64,000 nucleotides of DNA, taken from contig CAVVHS010000006.1 of assembly GCA_963748215.1 (NCBI GenBank), forward strand, positions 320,001 through 384,000. Reading direction: 5' to 3'. Positions within the stretch are counted from its first letter, which is position 1; every line of letters begins with the position of its first letter. Made by a program: the position numbers and the translations under genes. Positions 9,014 through 20,277 of the stretch are shown here, piece after piece. The notes under the pieces were generated by a model, which was not told where the DNA came from, did no database searches, and worked only from the letters and a program-made list of their open reading frames with translations. The stretch comes from an uncultured Gammaproteobacteria bacterium (lineage in GTDB: Bacteria; Pseudomonadota; Gammaproteobacteria; UBA9214).

Positions 9014-9785
9014 ATTGCAGCTCGGCTTCATCCGCGTCTGGCTGCACAGTGCCCAGTTCGGCGGCCAGCGCGACCACGTCGCCGATCACCAGCAGGGCAG
9101 GGGATTCGATGTTGCCATCGGCCGCCGTTGTCTCCAGCTGGCCAATGGTCGTAATGAAATTGCGTTGTCGCGGCGTGGTGCCGCGCTCGATGATGGCTGC
9201 CGGGGTGCTGCTGTCGCGCCCGGCGGCCAGCAGTTTGGCCACGATCAGGCCCAGGTTGGACAGGCCCATGTAGATGACCAGGGTCTGGTCGCGGTCGGCC
9301 AGGGTGCGGCTGTCGATGATGAGTTCATGGTCGTCACGGCGATGACCGGTAATGAAGCGTACACCGCTGGCCAGTCCACGGTGGGTCAGCGGGATGCCGG
9401 CATAGGCCGCGCAGGCCTGGCCGGCGGTAATGCCGGGCACGACCTCGAAGTCGATGCCCGCCCGTACCAGGGCCAGTGCCTCCTCGCCGCCGCGGCCGAA
9501 GATATACGGGTCGCCGCCCTTGAGGCGCACGATGGTCTTGCGGGCATCGGCCTGTTCGATGAGCAGGGTGTTGATTTCCGACTGGCTCAGGGTATGGTGA
9601 CAGGTCGCCTTGCCGACGTAGATGCGGTCGGCGTGTGGCGGGATCAGGCGCTGTATTTCGCCCGATATCAGCCGGTCGTAGATGACGGTGTCGGCCTGTT
9701 GCAACAGGCGCAGGGCCTTGACGGTCAGCAGGTCGGGATCACCGGGACCGGCCCCGACGAGATAGATCCTGGCGTGTTGAGACAT
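9006..9785 (-). CDS. nirE: Uroporphyrinogen-III C-methyltransferase NirE
   Basis: '[13 protein letters not shown]', '[16 protein letters not shown]'; immediately downstream of nirS. Confidence 0.9.
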   Translation of the reverse strand: MSQHARIYLVGAGPGDPDLLTVKALRLLQQADTVIYDRLISGEIQRLIPPHADRIYVGKATCHHTLSQSEINTLLIEQADARKTIVRLKGGDPYIFGRGGEEALALVRAGIDFEVVPGITAGQACAAYAGIPLTHRGLASGVRFITGHRRDDHELIIDSRTLADRDQTLVIYMGLSNLGLIVAKLLAAGRDSSTPAAIIERGTTPRQRNFITTIGQLETTAADGNIESPALLVIGDVVALAAELGTVQPDADEAELQYA

Positions 9786-9813
9786 GGTTGTCAGGCTCCC
9801 CGGGATGAGGGGG

Positions 9814-9848
9814 CGGGCATGGAAAACCGATACGATCTTCCATGCCCG
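9814..9848 (-). terminator. Stem-loop downstream of nirS (terminator or mRNA-stabilising hairpin)
   Basis: CGGGCATGGAA...TTCCATGCCCG 11-bp inverted repeat between nirS and nirE, without a clear U-tract. Confidence 0.55.
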
Positions 9849-9860
9849 GCACCACCGCGT

Positions 9861-11638
<1,778 letters not shown>

Positions 11639-11662
11639 TCACGATTACTTGCCCGGGTATCC

Positions 11663-11676
11663 TTGATTTATATCAA
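11663..11676. promoter_or_regulatory. FNR/DNR box upstream of nirS
   Basis: Perfect TTGAT-TTAT-ATCAA, about 65 bp upstream of the nirS start. Confidence 0.88.
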
Positions 11677-11690
11677 GGGCTAACCGTGCA

Positions 11691-13286
11691 TCAGATTTCT
11701 GTTGAATTTACAGCCGTTTCCGCTGCCCTGATCCGGTCCAGCGCCGCCTTGCTCTTCTCCCGCCGGATGCGTTTTTCCGAAAGTGGCGGGCACTGGTGAT
11801 CATCCCAGTAGGTCACCTGGCAATCCAGGCAGTAATGACACTCGTTGGGATTGATCTCGCCGGTCGGTCTGATGGCCTGCACCTCGCACTGTCTGGCGCA
11901 GATCTGGCATGGCCGGCCGCACTCCTTGCGCCGCCGCAGCCATTGAAAGATGCGCAGCGGGGCCGGTATCGCCAGGGCGGCTCCCAGCGGGCACAGGTAT
12001 TTGCAGAAAAACTTGCGATAGAAAATCCCGATCACCAGCAGGCCAAGGGCATAGGCCAGGAAGATGCCCTCCCGGTTGAAGTGCAGCACGATCGCCGTCT
12101 TGAACGGCTCCACCTCGGCGGCCCTGGCCGCGTAGCCGATGGACTGCAGGGACAGGCCGAACAGGCCAATGAAGATGACATACTTCACTGCCGTCAACCG
12201 CTCGTGCACGACGTCCGGGAATTCGAGCGCCGGGATTTTCAGGCGCTGGGCAAGTTGATGGATCAGTTCCTGCAGGGCACCAAAGGGACACAGCCAGCCG
12301 CAATACACGCCACGACCCCACAGCAGCAGGGTGAGGGCCACGTAGCCCCAGAGAATGAATATCAGCGGATCGACGAGGAACGATTCCCAGGTGAACTGGT
12401 GCAGGATGGCGGTGATGAAGGTCAGCACATGAATGACCGACAGCTGGGCCAGGGTGTACCAGCCGATGAAGAACAGGGTAAACAGCAGGTAACCGGTGCG
12501 CACGACCCTGAGCAGTCGCGGACGGCGGGTCAGCCAGTCCTGAAACAGCAGGATCAGGGTGAGCACGCCAAGCGCAAGGCACAGGACCACGATCTGCCAC
12601 CAGCGCGCCTGCCAGACCGACACCCAGAAGGGTTCCGTTTTCTCGCCCAGCCACCAGACCGGTGGTGCCGCTGCCTGTCCGGGCTGTTGCAGGCCAGCTT
12701 CGACATTCGCAGGGCCGGTGCCGGCCGGTATGCCGCGTGATTCGGCCACCTTCTTGATCGCCTTCATGACCGTCGCATTCATCACCATCGCGGTAATGGT
12801 GGCGCCGGAAATGCTATCGACGGTGACATAGCCTTCGCGCTCTGCGCCGCCGAGTTTGACGCGTTCCAGCACCGATACCCCACGGTACTGGTCGACATAC
12901 TGTCTCAGGTCCTGTTCGGAAACACCCACGACAAGAATGGGCTCGGAATGCTCCAGGATATGCAGGCCGGCGATATGGCCCGTCAGGTCGAGTCCGACCA
13001 GCAGGGTGATCGGTTTCCCGGAATAGGCCGGTATCGGCGCGATATCGGTGGTGCGGATGACATAACCCAGCAGCTGTTCACCCACATATACCGGGGCAGC
13101 CAGCGGGTCTCCGGCGAATTCCCCGACACTGTCCGCTTGCGGAAAATAGCGTTTTGCCAGATCGAACACCGGCTCGGCAGCAACCGTGCTGAACATGGCG
13201 GTCAGCAGTACCAGCGCAGCAAGGCGGCCGAGCCAGCCGCGTCGCAAGGTGTGCGTGTTGCTGTGCCCGGGTATGCGAGACTCCAT
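11691..13286 (-). CDS. NosR/NirI-family membrane flavo-iron-sulfur protein
   Basis: FMN-binding 'DSISGATIT', 'GRGVYCGWLCPFGALQE', 'FFCKYLCPLGA', and C-terminal ferredoxin cysteines (CGRPCQICARQC, CHYCLDC). Confidence 0.88.
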   Translation of the reverse strand: MESRIPGHSNTHTLRRGWLGRLAALVLLTAMFSTVAAEPVFDLAKRYFPQADSVGEFAGDPLAAPVYVGEQLLGYVIRTTDIAPIPAYSGKPITLLVGLDLTGHIAGLHILEHSEPILVVGVSEQDLRQYVDQYRGVSVLERVKLGGAEREGYVTVDSISGATITAMVMNATVMKAIKKVAESRGIPAGTGPANVEAGLQQPGQAAAPPVWWLGEKTEPFWVSVWQARWWQIVVLCLALGVLTLILLFQDWLTRRPRLLRVVRTGYLLFTLFFIGWYTLAQLSVIHVLTFITAILHQFTWESFLVDPLIFILWGYVALTLLLWGRGVYCGWLCPFGALQELIHQLAQRLKIPALEFPDVVHERLTAVKYVIFIGLFGLSLQSIGYAARAAEVEPFKTAIVLHFNREGIFLAYALGLLVIGIFYRKFFCKYLCPLGAALAIPAPLRIFQWLRRRKECGRPCQICARQCEVQAIRPTGEINPNECHYCLDCQVTYWDDHQCPPLSEKRIRREKSKAALDRIRAAETAVNSTEI

Positions 13287-13319
13287 GCGCGCATTATCGG
13301 TGCCTGCCGGCGCCGGGCC

Positions 13320-13333
13320 TTGATCTTCATCAA
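13320..13333. promoter_or_regulatory. FNR/DNR box upstream of the nirI/nosR-like gene
   Basis: Perfect TTGAT-CTTC-ATCAA. Confidence 0.85.
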
Positions 13334-13575
13334 TGCAGGATGACCGGGAACGGTAACCGGTAAGCAGGGTGTGCGGGTTTATCAGGTACGCATCCGGCGT
13401 AAGGGAATGGCTGCCGGCACCGGGCGTTTGCAGCCATGCCGCGGCGTTCAGGGAAACGGCCTGCGGGTAAACGGATCATGGCCGGAGGAATGACCGGCAG
13501 GGCCGATTAGGGTTGTGAACAACTGTCCGGAACGACAGGCCGGATCTGGCAGCTGCCAATACGCGCGGCAGGGCG

Positions 13576-14478
13576 TCACAGGTCTGTCGCCGGGACCAGG
13601 GTGGACTCCAGCCGGCGCCGGTATTTGCCGGGCTTGAGGTGATACAGTGCGCGGGCAATGCGCATGGCCTTCGACAGGAGAGCAATCCGGCGACTCTCGA
13701 TCAGGGCATGCAGCAGTTCGCGGCGCACCCGGTCCGGGCACAGGTCCGGATGTGTTGCGAGTGTCTCTTCCAGCACGGCCAGGTCATGATCCTTGCCCAG
13801 GGTGTCTTCGAGCCGGTGAAAATCTTTGATCGCGGATTTCAGCTCGGCCCCGTTCCACGCGTCCAGCATGTGCAGCTGATAGTACTGATACTTCGCCTGC
13901 CTGCGCAGGGCATGTCCATTGCCGGTGTCGGGTGATGCCTCCATCCGGGCGAGCGCGCGCCGACCGCGCCGGTAGCAGTCCGCAATGCCGGCAAGCATGT
14001 TCCTGCTGTCGATGCGTTCGAAATCCGTTTGCCCGGCCACCGCCAGGATCTCCGCCAGCTGTGTCTGCAGGATCGCCGGGTCTGGTGCGACGACCGCGGC
14101 ACCGGCATGTTTTTCCGGGCTGTGGCTAAGGGCCTCGTGCACCGCTGCCAGGGCCTGTTCATGGAGCACGGGTGCGAAGTGACGGTCGATGTGTTCGAGG
14201 GTATCAAGCATCACCTTTTGGTCACGCAGCGTGGCAAGCTGGCGGGCGAAGTCACGAATGTTCCTGTTAAGGATACGAAAAGTGTCGTCTTCCAGTGCCG
14301 GCCGTATCATTCTCAGCAAGGCACGCAGCTTTTTGCATGTCTTGCGCATTTCGTGGATATTGTCGTCAGTTATGGCCGACGGAACAATCAGGCGCTCGCC
14401 GATACCGCCCAGCAGGCCTGTCAGGATGCGGCGGGAGCCTGTGGCTGGCGATTCGATGGCAGGACTATGGTATTGCAT
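13576..14478 (-). CDS. CHAD domain (polyphosphate-binding) protein
   Basis: 'IHEMRKTCKKLRALL', 'LRDQKV', 'HALRRQAKYQYY', 'LEDTLGKDHDLAVL'. Confidence 0.85.
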   Translation of the reverse strand: MQYHSPAIESPATGSRRILTGLLGGIGERLIVPSAITDDNIHEMRKTCKKLRALLRMIRPALEDDTFRILNRNIRDFARQLATLRDQKVMLDTLEHIDRHFAPVLHEQALAAVHEALSHSPEKHAGAAVVAPDPAILQTQLAEILAVAGQTDFERIDSRNMLAGIADCYRRGRRALARMEASPDTGNGHALRRQAKYQYYQLHMLDAWNGAELKSAIKDFHRLEDTLGKDHDLAVLEETLATHPDLCPDRVRRELLHALIESRRIALLSKAMRIARALYHLKPGKYRRRLESTLVPATDL

Positions 14479-14675
14479 GATTTTTCATCCAGTATCCTAT
14501 TTGCCATAATAACGACGGCATGGCAAGGCGCCGTTTTTGCTGAAAATCAATAAATATGCGGTGATTGGCCGATATGGCGGGCATTGGCCCGTATTTCGGG
14601 CTTCTGCCGGGTGCCTCGGCCTGCGGATCGGGGATTGCAGTGCGCCAGTGAGCGGTTACACGAACGGAGGAATCG

Positions 14676-15512
14676 ATGGCCAAGAACATGAAGGAACAAC
14701 GCAGGAAAAAAGCGAAAACCATGGCGCAGTCGGCCGACCGGCACAAATTGTACGAACAGTCGGTGCAGGATCCGGCGCTGGAGTGCAAATTCATCCGCAA
14801 GACCTTTCGCAAGCTGCGCGACCGGCCACCCCGTTTGCTCAGGGAGGACTTCTGTGGCACCGCCGCGGTGTGCTGCGAGTGGGCCCGGCACAGCGACAAG
14901 AACACCGCCATCGGCGTGGATATCGATGCGGACGTGCTGGAATGGGGTCGCCAGCACAACCTGTCGCGGCTCAAGCCGGATGACCGCGTGCGGGTGCGAC
15001 TGATGCAGGAAGATGTCCGCACGGTGCAGACGCCGGAACCCTCCGACGTCATCCTGGCCATGAATTTCAGTTACATGTTTTTCAAGACCCGCGAGAAGCT
15101 GGGCGGTTATTTTCGCGCCGTGCGCGAGGGGCTTGCCGACGACGGGGTGTTTTTCATGGATGCCTTCGGCGGTTACGAGGCCTTTCAGGAAATCAGGGAA
15201 AAGACCCGCCACAAGCACTTCGACTATATCTGGGAACACGCAAGCTACAACCCGATCAACGGCGACATGACCTGTCACATCCACTTCCGCTTTCCGGATG
15301 GCTCGAAGCTGAAAAAGGCCTTCACCTATACCTGGCGCCTGTGGACGTTGCCGGAACTCCAGGAGTTGCTGATCGAGGCCGGCTTCGCGCGGGTAACCGT
15401 GTACTGGGAAGAGGTGGACGAGAAAACGGGTGATGGCACGGGCGTGTATTCACCGGCCACCGTCGGCGCAGCTGACCCCGGCTGGGTATGTTTCATCGTC
15501 GCCGAAAAATGA
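14676..15512 (+). CDS. Class I SAM-dependent methyltransferase
   Basis: 'LREDFCGTA' motif I variant, 'GVDID', 'GVFFMDAFGG'. Confidence 0.75.
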   Translation: MAKNMKEQRRKKAKTMAQSADRHKLYEQSVQDPALECKFIRKTFRKLRDRPPRLLREDFCGTAAVCCEWARHSDKNTAIGVDIDADVLEWGRQHNLSRLKPDDRVRVRLMQEDVRTVQTPEPSDVILAMNFSYMFFKTREKLGGYFRAVREGLADDGVFFMDAFGGYEAFQEIREKTRHKHFDYIWEHASYNPINGDMTCHIHFRFPDGSKLKKAFTYTWRLWTLPELQELLIEAGFARVTVYWEEVDEKTGDGTGVYSPATVGAADPGWVCFIVAEK

Positions 15513-15737
15513 GTGATCGATTGCATACATACGGGTAAAACCGGGGTACTGCACCCCGGGCAGAAGGGGGCGGAATCCTGGCTCCGTCAGCACAGGCCGT
15601 GTTGAATGCTCAAAGACGAGTAAATCTGATCACTGGAAACTCAAAACATCAGAATCATTGAAAAGGGCGAGTATTCATTCCATGTGTTATCCCTCATTCA
15701 AGACGTCTGTCTGCGCCGCCGGCTGATTTCTGCCGTT

Positions 15738-16208
15738 ATGCCGCTGGAGATCGAGCGCAAGTTCCTGGTTGATGCCGCGGCCTGGCAACGACCTGCCACG
15801 GGTACACGCTACCGGCAGGGTTATCTTTCCACCGAGCCGGCGTGCAGCGTGCGTGTCAGGCTGGCGGGCGAGCAGGCCTGGCTGACCATCAAGGGCGAAA
15901 CCGTCGGCATCACGCGCGTCGAATACGAGTACCCCATCCCCGCGGTCGATGCCGGCGAGCTGCTCGACCATTTGTGCAAGCGGCCGCTGATAGAGAAAAC
16001 GCGCTACCGCATCGATGTCTCGGGACTGCTCTGGGAAGTGGACGAGTTCCACGGGGCGAATGAAGGGCTGGTGATTGCCGAGGTCGAACTGGCCGACGAG
16101 CACCAGCATGTCGAGTTGCCCGCCTGGGCAGGCCGCGAAGTGACCGGTGATCCGCGCTACTACAACGTCAGCCTGGTCAGGAATCCGTTCACCCAATGGC
16201 CAGATTGA
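15738..16208 (+). CDS. CYTH domain protein (triphosphate tunnel metalloenzyme)
   Basis: 'MPLEIERKFLV' ExExK motif, 'LTIKG', 'IEKTRY', 'AEVEL'. Confidence 0.9.
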   Translation: MPLEIERKFLVDAAAWQRPATGTRYRQGYLSTEPACSVRVRLAGEQAWLTIKGETVGITRVEYEYPIPAVDAGELLDHLCKRPLIEKTRYRIDVSGLLWEVDEFHGANEGLVIAEVELADEHQHVELPAWAGREVTGDPRYYNVSLVRNPFTQWPD

Positions 16209-16345
16209 CGTGGCAATATGAGCCGGTAATCTGTCCGCTTTGTCATTAATTTTTATCTGTTTTTAAACATCCTCTGGTAGAATGGCGCCCCTTAAGCAGC
16301 ACGGGGCCGCGCCGATGAGTCATTGTCGAAAAAGGAATCAATTGT

Positions 16346-17623
16346 ATGCCTGAACTCAGTACAGCGAAAATAGGAATTATCGGTCTGGGCTATGTGGGTC
16401 TGCCGCTGGCCGTTGAGTTTGGCAAGCAGTACCCTACGATCGGGCTGGATATCAAGCAGGACCGGGTTGATGAACTTCTCAAGGGTGTGGATTCCACCCA
16501 TGAGGTAACGGAGGCCGAGATCGCCGAAGCCAGGCAGCTCACCTTCTCCAGCCAGCCGGACGACCTGGCTGACTGTAACGTTTATATCGTCACTGTGCCT
16601 ACTCCGGTCGACAAGCATAATCGCCCGGATCTGTCTTACTTGCAGAATTCAAGCAAGATGGTCGGCGCAATGCTGAAAACCGGTGACGTGGTCATTTACG
16701 AGTCGACTGTATTTCCCGGTGCCACAGAGGAAGTATGCGTCCCCGTGCTTGAATCGATATCGGGCATGGTCTTCAACAAGGACTTCTTTGCGGGTTACAG
16801 TCCGGAACGTATCAATCCCGGCGACAAGGAACACCGCGTCAGTAATATCCTCAAGGTAACTTCCGGCTCGACGCCCGGGACGGCGGATTTCGTCGATGCG
16901 CTTTACCGCAGTATTATCCTGGCAGGTACCCACCGCGCCAGCAGCCTGAAGGTGGCCGAGGCATCCAAGATTATCGAGAATACGCAGCGTGACCTGAATA
17001 TTGCCCTCGTCAACGAACTGGCCATGATTTGCAACCAGCTGGGCATCGATACCCTTGAAGTGCTGGAAGCGGCAGGTACCAAGTGGAACTTTCTGCCCTT
17101 CAGGCCGGGACTTGTTGGCGGCCACTGCATTGGTGTTGATCCCTATTACCTGACCCACAAGGCACAGGAAGTCAAATATCACCCTGCTGTGATTCTCGCC
17201 GCACGCAGGCTGAACGATGACATGGGGCGCTACATTGCGGAACAGGTTGTCAGATTGATGATGAATCGCAAGATCCAGGTCTCGGGTTCGCGTGCGCTGG
17301 TTATGGGTTTGACCTTCAAGGAAAATTGCCCTGATCTGCGCAATTCAAGAGCGATCGACGTTGTCCGCGAGTTGCTGCGTTACAATGTGGTTGTTGATAT
17401 ATATGACCCCTGCGTCACCCCTGAGAGTGTCCGCAAGGAGTACGCCCTCGACATGATAACCGAGCCGGGTGAGGGAAATTACGATGCCGTGATCATTGCC
17501 GTCGGTCACGATCAGTTTCGCGATATCGGTGCCGGCAAGCTGCGAGCCTTATGCAAGCCGGACGGGGTGCTTTATGATGTCAAGGGCCTGCTGCCTGCGG
17601 AAGCCGTGGATGCACGTTTGTAG
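16346..17623 (+). CDS. UDP-N-acetylhexosamine 6-dehydrogenase (TviB/WbpO-like)
   Basis: 'GLGYVGLPLA', 'YSPERINPGD', 'GLVGGHCIGVDPYY', 'GLTFKENCPDLRNS'. Confidence 0.9.
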   Translation: MPELSTAKIGIIGLGYVGLPLAVEFGKQYPTIGLDIKQDRVDELLKGVDSTHEVTEAEIAEARQLTFSSQPDDLADCNVYIVTVPTPVDKHNRPDLSYLQNSSKMVGAMLKTGDVVIYESTVFPGATEEVCVPVLESISGMVFNKDFFAGYSPERINPGDKEHRVSNILKVTSGSTPGTADFVDALYRSIILAGTHRASSLKVAEASKIIENTQRDLNIALVNELAMICNQLGIDTLEVLEAAGTKWNFLPFRPGLVGGHCIGVDPYYLTHKAQEVKYHPAVILAARRLNDDMGRYIAEQVVRLMMNRKIQVSGSRALVMGLTFKENCPDLRNSRAIDVVRELLRYNVVVDIYDPCVTPESVRKEYALDMITEPGEGNYDAVIIAVGHDQFRDIGAGKLRALCKPDGVLYDVKGLLPAEAVDARL

Positions 17624-17683
17624 CGGGCTTGATACATCCAGCTGACAATTCCTGAAGATTATTAACCCTGAAAATTATTGACA

Positions 17684-18691
17684 ATGAAAGTATTGATAAC
17701 CGGTTCGGCAGGTTTTATCGGTTCTGCGCTGGCCTTGCGTCTGCTGGAACGCGGCGATGAGGTGGTCGGGATCGATAACCTCAACGATTACTATGATGTT
17801 GACTTGAAGAAAGCGCGACTTGCGCGAACCCTGGAATACGCTGGCTACACCGATATTCGCCTCGATCTGGAGAGCAGGGAAGGCATGGCGGATGTGTTCA
17901 GGACACATCGGCCCGAGCGGGTTGTGAACCTGGCGGCACAGGCAGGCGTGCGTTATTCACTGGAGAATCCGCTGGCCTATGTCGATACCAACCTGCTCGG
18001 CTTCGCCAATATTCTCGAAGGTTGCCGGCATAATGGAGTGGAACACCTGGTTTACGCTTCCAGCAGCTCCGTGTATGGAGCGAATACCAACATGCCGTTC
18101 TCGGTGCATGACAATGTCGATCATCCTGTCAGCCTTTATGCCGCTACCAAGAAGGCTAACGAACTGATGGCGCATACCTACAGCCATCTCTACCGGATCC
18201 CTGTGACCGGGTTGCGTTTCTTTACTGTGTACGGACCCTGGGGCAGGCCGGACATGGCGTATTTCAGCTTCACCCGCAACATACTCGCAGGCAAACCAAT
18301 CAACGTATTCAATAACGGTAACCATAGCCGTGATTTCACCTATATCGATGACATTACTGAAGGTGTTATTCGTGTACTCGACCGGGTGCCGGAACCAAAC
18401 CCCGACTGGTCCGGTGACAATCCGGATTCTGCATCGAGTACTGCACCGTACCGGCTGTACAATATCGGGAATAATGAACCCGTAGCGCTTATGCACTACA
18501 TCGAGGTCCTGGAAGAATGCCTGGGGAAAAAGGCCGAAAAAATCATGCTGCCGATGCAGCCTGGTGACGTCCAGGCGACCTATGCGGACATCGACGATCT
18601 GGTGCGCGATATCGGCTACAAGCCGGATATGACAGTCGAGCAGGGCCTGGCCAATTTCGTCAAGTGGTACCGTGAGTTCTACCAGGCCTGA
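17684..18691 (+). CDS. NAD-dependent epimerase (UDP-glucuronate 4-epimerase-like)
   Basis: 'TGSAGFIG', '[10 protein letters not shown]', 'YAATKKANE', '[10 protein letters not shown]'. Confidence 0.9.
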   Translation: MKVLITGSAGFIGSALALRLLERGDEVVGIDNLNDYYDVDLKKARLARTLEYAGYTDIRLDLESREGMADVFRTHRPERVVNLAAQAGVRYSLENPLAYVDTNLLGFANILEGCRHNGVEHLVYASSSSVYGANTNMPFSVHDNVDHPVSLYAATKKANELMAHTYSHLYRIPVTGLRFFTVYGPWGRPDMAYFSFTRNILAGKPINVFNNGNHSRDFTYIDDITEGVIRVLDRVPEPNPDWSGDNPDSASSTAPYRLYNIGNNEPVALMHYIEVLEECLGKKAEKIMLPMQPGDVQATYADIDDLVRDIGYKPDMTVEQGLANFVKWYREFYQA

Positions 18692-18787
18692 ACGGCGCGT
18701 AAAACCCTATAGAATGGAGGAGATAACCATTGTAACTTATTGTTAAAATGGATCTATTGCAATCAATTTTACAGGGTAATCGGGGGC

Positions 18788-19105
18788 ATGGACATGCAGG
18801 AAAACAGTTGCGGCAGGGAACCCTTCGCATTGCGCGTGATCGGCGACAGCATGACGCCCGAATTCGCCGACGGCTGCATTATCATCATCGACCCGGAAGG
18901 AGTGATCAGTGACGGCTCCTATGTCATGGCGCGCCACGGCGATTCCTATATCTTCCGTCAGCTGGTGTATGGCGAGGGCAGCTATTTTCTCAAGGCGCTG
19001 CAGGCAGGTCATGAGGTGATCGAGCTGCCGGACCTCAAGGACATCGAGGGCGTGGTGACCCAGCAGGGCGCACGCCGCCGCAAGGATCGCAAGCTGTATC
19101 CCTGA
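18788..19105 (+). CDS. Stand-alone S24 peptidase-like domain protein (no HTH)
   Basis: 'FALRVIGDSMTPEF.DG.IIIIDP' is S24/LexA C-domain-like; no DNA-binding domain. Confidence 0.75.
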   Translation: MDMQENSCGREPFALRVIGDSMTPEFADGCIIIIDPEGVISDGSYVMARHGDSYIFRQLVYGEGSYFLKALQAGHEVIELPDLKDIEGVVTQQGARRRKDRKLYP

Positions 19106-19119
19106 TTCCGCGGCGCGGC

Positions 19120-19590
19120 TTACCTGGCTGAGGGATCGAGCTGGTCAGGGCGCAGGCGGGTGGTGAAGAATTCATCGGCGTCCTCGATCGGCACCATTTT
19201 ACCGGCCGCGTTCACCAGCGGCAGTTCGTAGTCGTTCCAGCCACGCAGTCCCGTCTTCATCGAGCTGACCTTGCGGTAACCGAGCAGTTGCATGGTATGG
19301 GCTGCGAGCGCGCTGCGATTGCCGGAACGGCACACCACCACCACATCCAGATCCCGCGCCTCGACCAGGCCCCGGATGGTGTCCTCGTAATTGTATTCGC
19401 ACGCCGCTTCGAGTATGCCGCGCGGGACATGCAGCGATTCCTCGATGTGCATAGCGGCGAACTCGTCCGCCTCGCGCACATCGAGGATCAGCGGCCTGCT
19501 GCCACCGCCAAGCAGGTCGGCGACATCCCAGGGGTAGACCTCGGTGATATCCGGCAGACAGGCGGCGATCAGGTCGGTAAAACGCTTCAA
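19120..19590 (-). CDS. Single-domain rhodanese (sulfurtransferase)
   Basis: 'LDVREADEF..HI', active-site loop 'VCRSGNRS', 'GLRGW'. Confidence 0.88.
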   Translation of the reverse strand: MKRFTDLIAACLPDITEVYPWDVADLLGGGSRPLILDVREADEFAAMHIEESLHVPRGILEAACEYNYEDTIRGLVEARDLDVVVVCRSGNRSALAAHTMQLLGYRKVSSMKTGLRGWNDYELPLVNAAGKMVPIEDADEFFTTRLRPDQLDPSAR

Positions 19591-19602
19591 GAAATTACCT
19601 GC

Positions 19603-20277
19603 TCAGCTGCTATCTTCGCTGTCGTGGTTGCGTCCTGTGCGCATGCCCTGTTCGACTGCGATGACCGCGGCCTCGACCCGCGAGTGCACACCGAGCTTGC
19701 GCAGGATGGACTTGACGTGCAGCTTGACCGTACCGTCCGAAATACCGAGGTTGCGTGCGATGACCTTGTTGCTCTGGCCTTCGGCCAGCAGTGCCAGTAT
19801 CTCTGACTCGCGTGGCGTCAGCTTGGCGAACGGGCTTTCGTCGGGCGGGCTGATGCTTTCGCCCTGCACCACGCGGGCCAGTACCGGCGCCAGGTCGGGC
19901 GCCACCACCGTCTTGCCGGCCACGATGTCACGCAATGCCAGCACCAGCTGGTCGGGTTCCATGTCCTTCAGCAGGTAGCCCTGCGCACCGCTGCGCAGCG
20001 ATTCGACCAGGTCGCGCTCGTCGCTGCTGGTGGTGAGCATGGCAACCGGGTTCTTGAAGCCGCTCTTGCGCAGCTGGCGCAGCACCTCCATGCCATCCAT
20101 TTCCGGCATGCGCATGTCAAGCAGCACGACATCTGGCTTGAGCTCGTTGGCCAGGCGCAGTCCTTCCTGGCCGCTGCCGACTGCCGCGAGTATGTTGATA
20201 TTGCGCCGGCTCAGCAGGCCCTCGAGGCCCTCGCGAAACAGGGTGTGATCGTCGACCAGCAGTATATTAAGGCTCAT
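19603..20277 (-). CDS. NarL-family response regulator
   Basis: REC domain ('LVDDH', 'LLDMRMP') plus LuxR HTH ('LTPRE..IL', 'TVKLHVKSILRKL'). Confidence 0.92.
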   Translation of the reverse strand: MSLNILLVDDHTLFREGLEGLLSRRNINILAAVGSGQEGLRLANELKPDVVLLDMRMPEMDGMEVLRQLRKSGFKNPVAMLTTSSDERDLVESLRSGAQGYLLKDMEPDQLVLALRDIVAGKTVVAPDLAPVLARVVQGESISPPDESPFAKLTPRESEILALLAEGQSNKVIARNLGISDGTVKLHVKSILRKLGVHSRVEAAVIAVEQGMRTGRNHDSEDSS

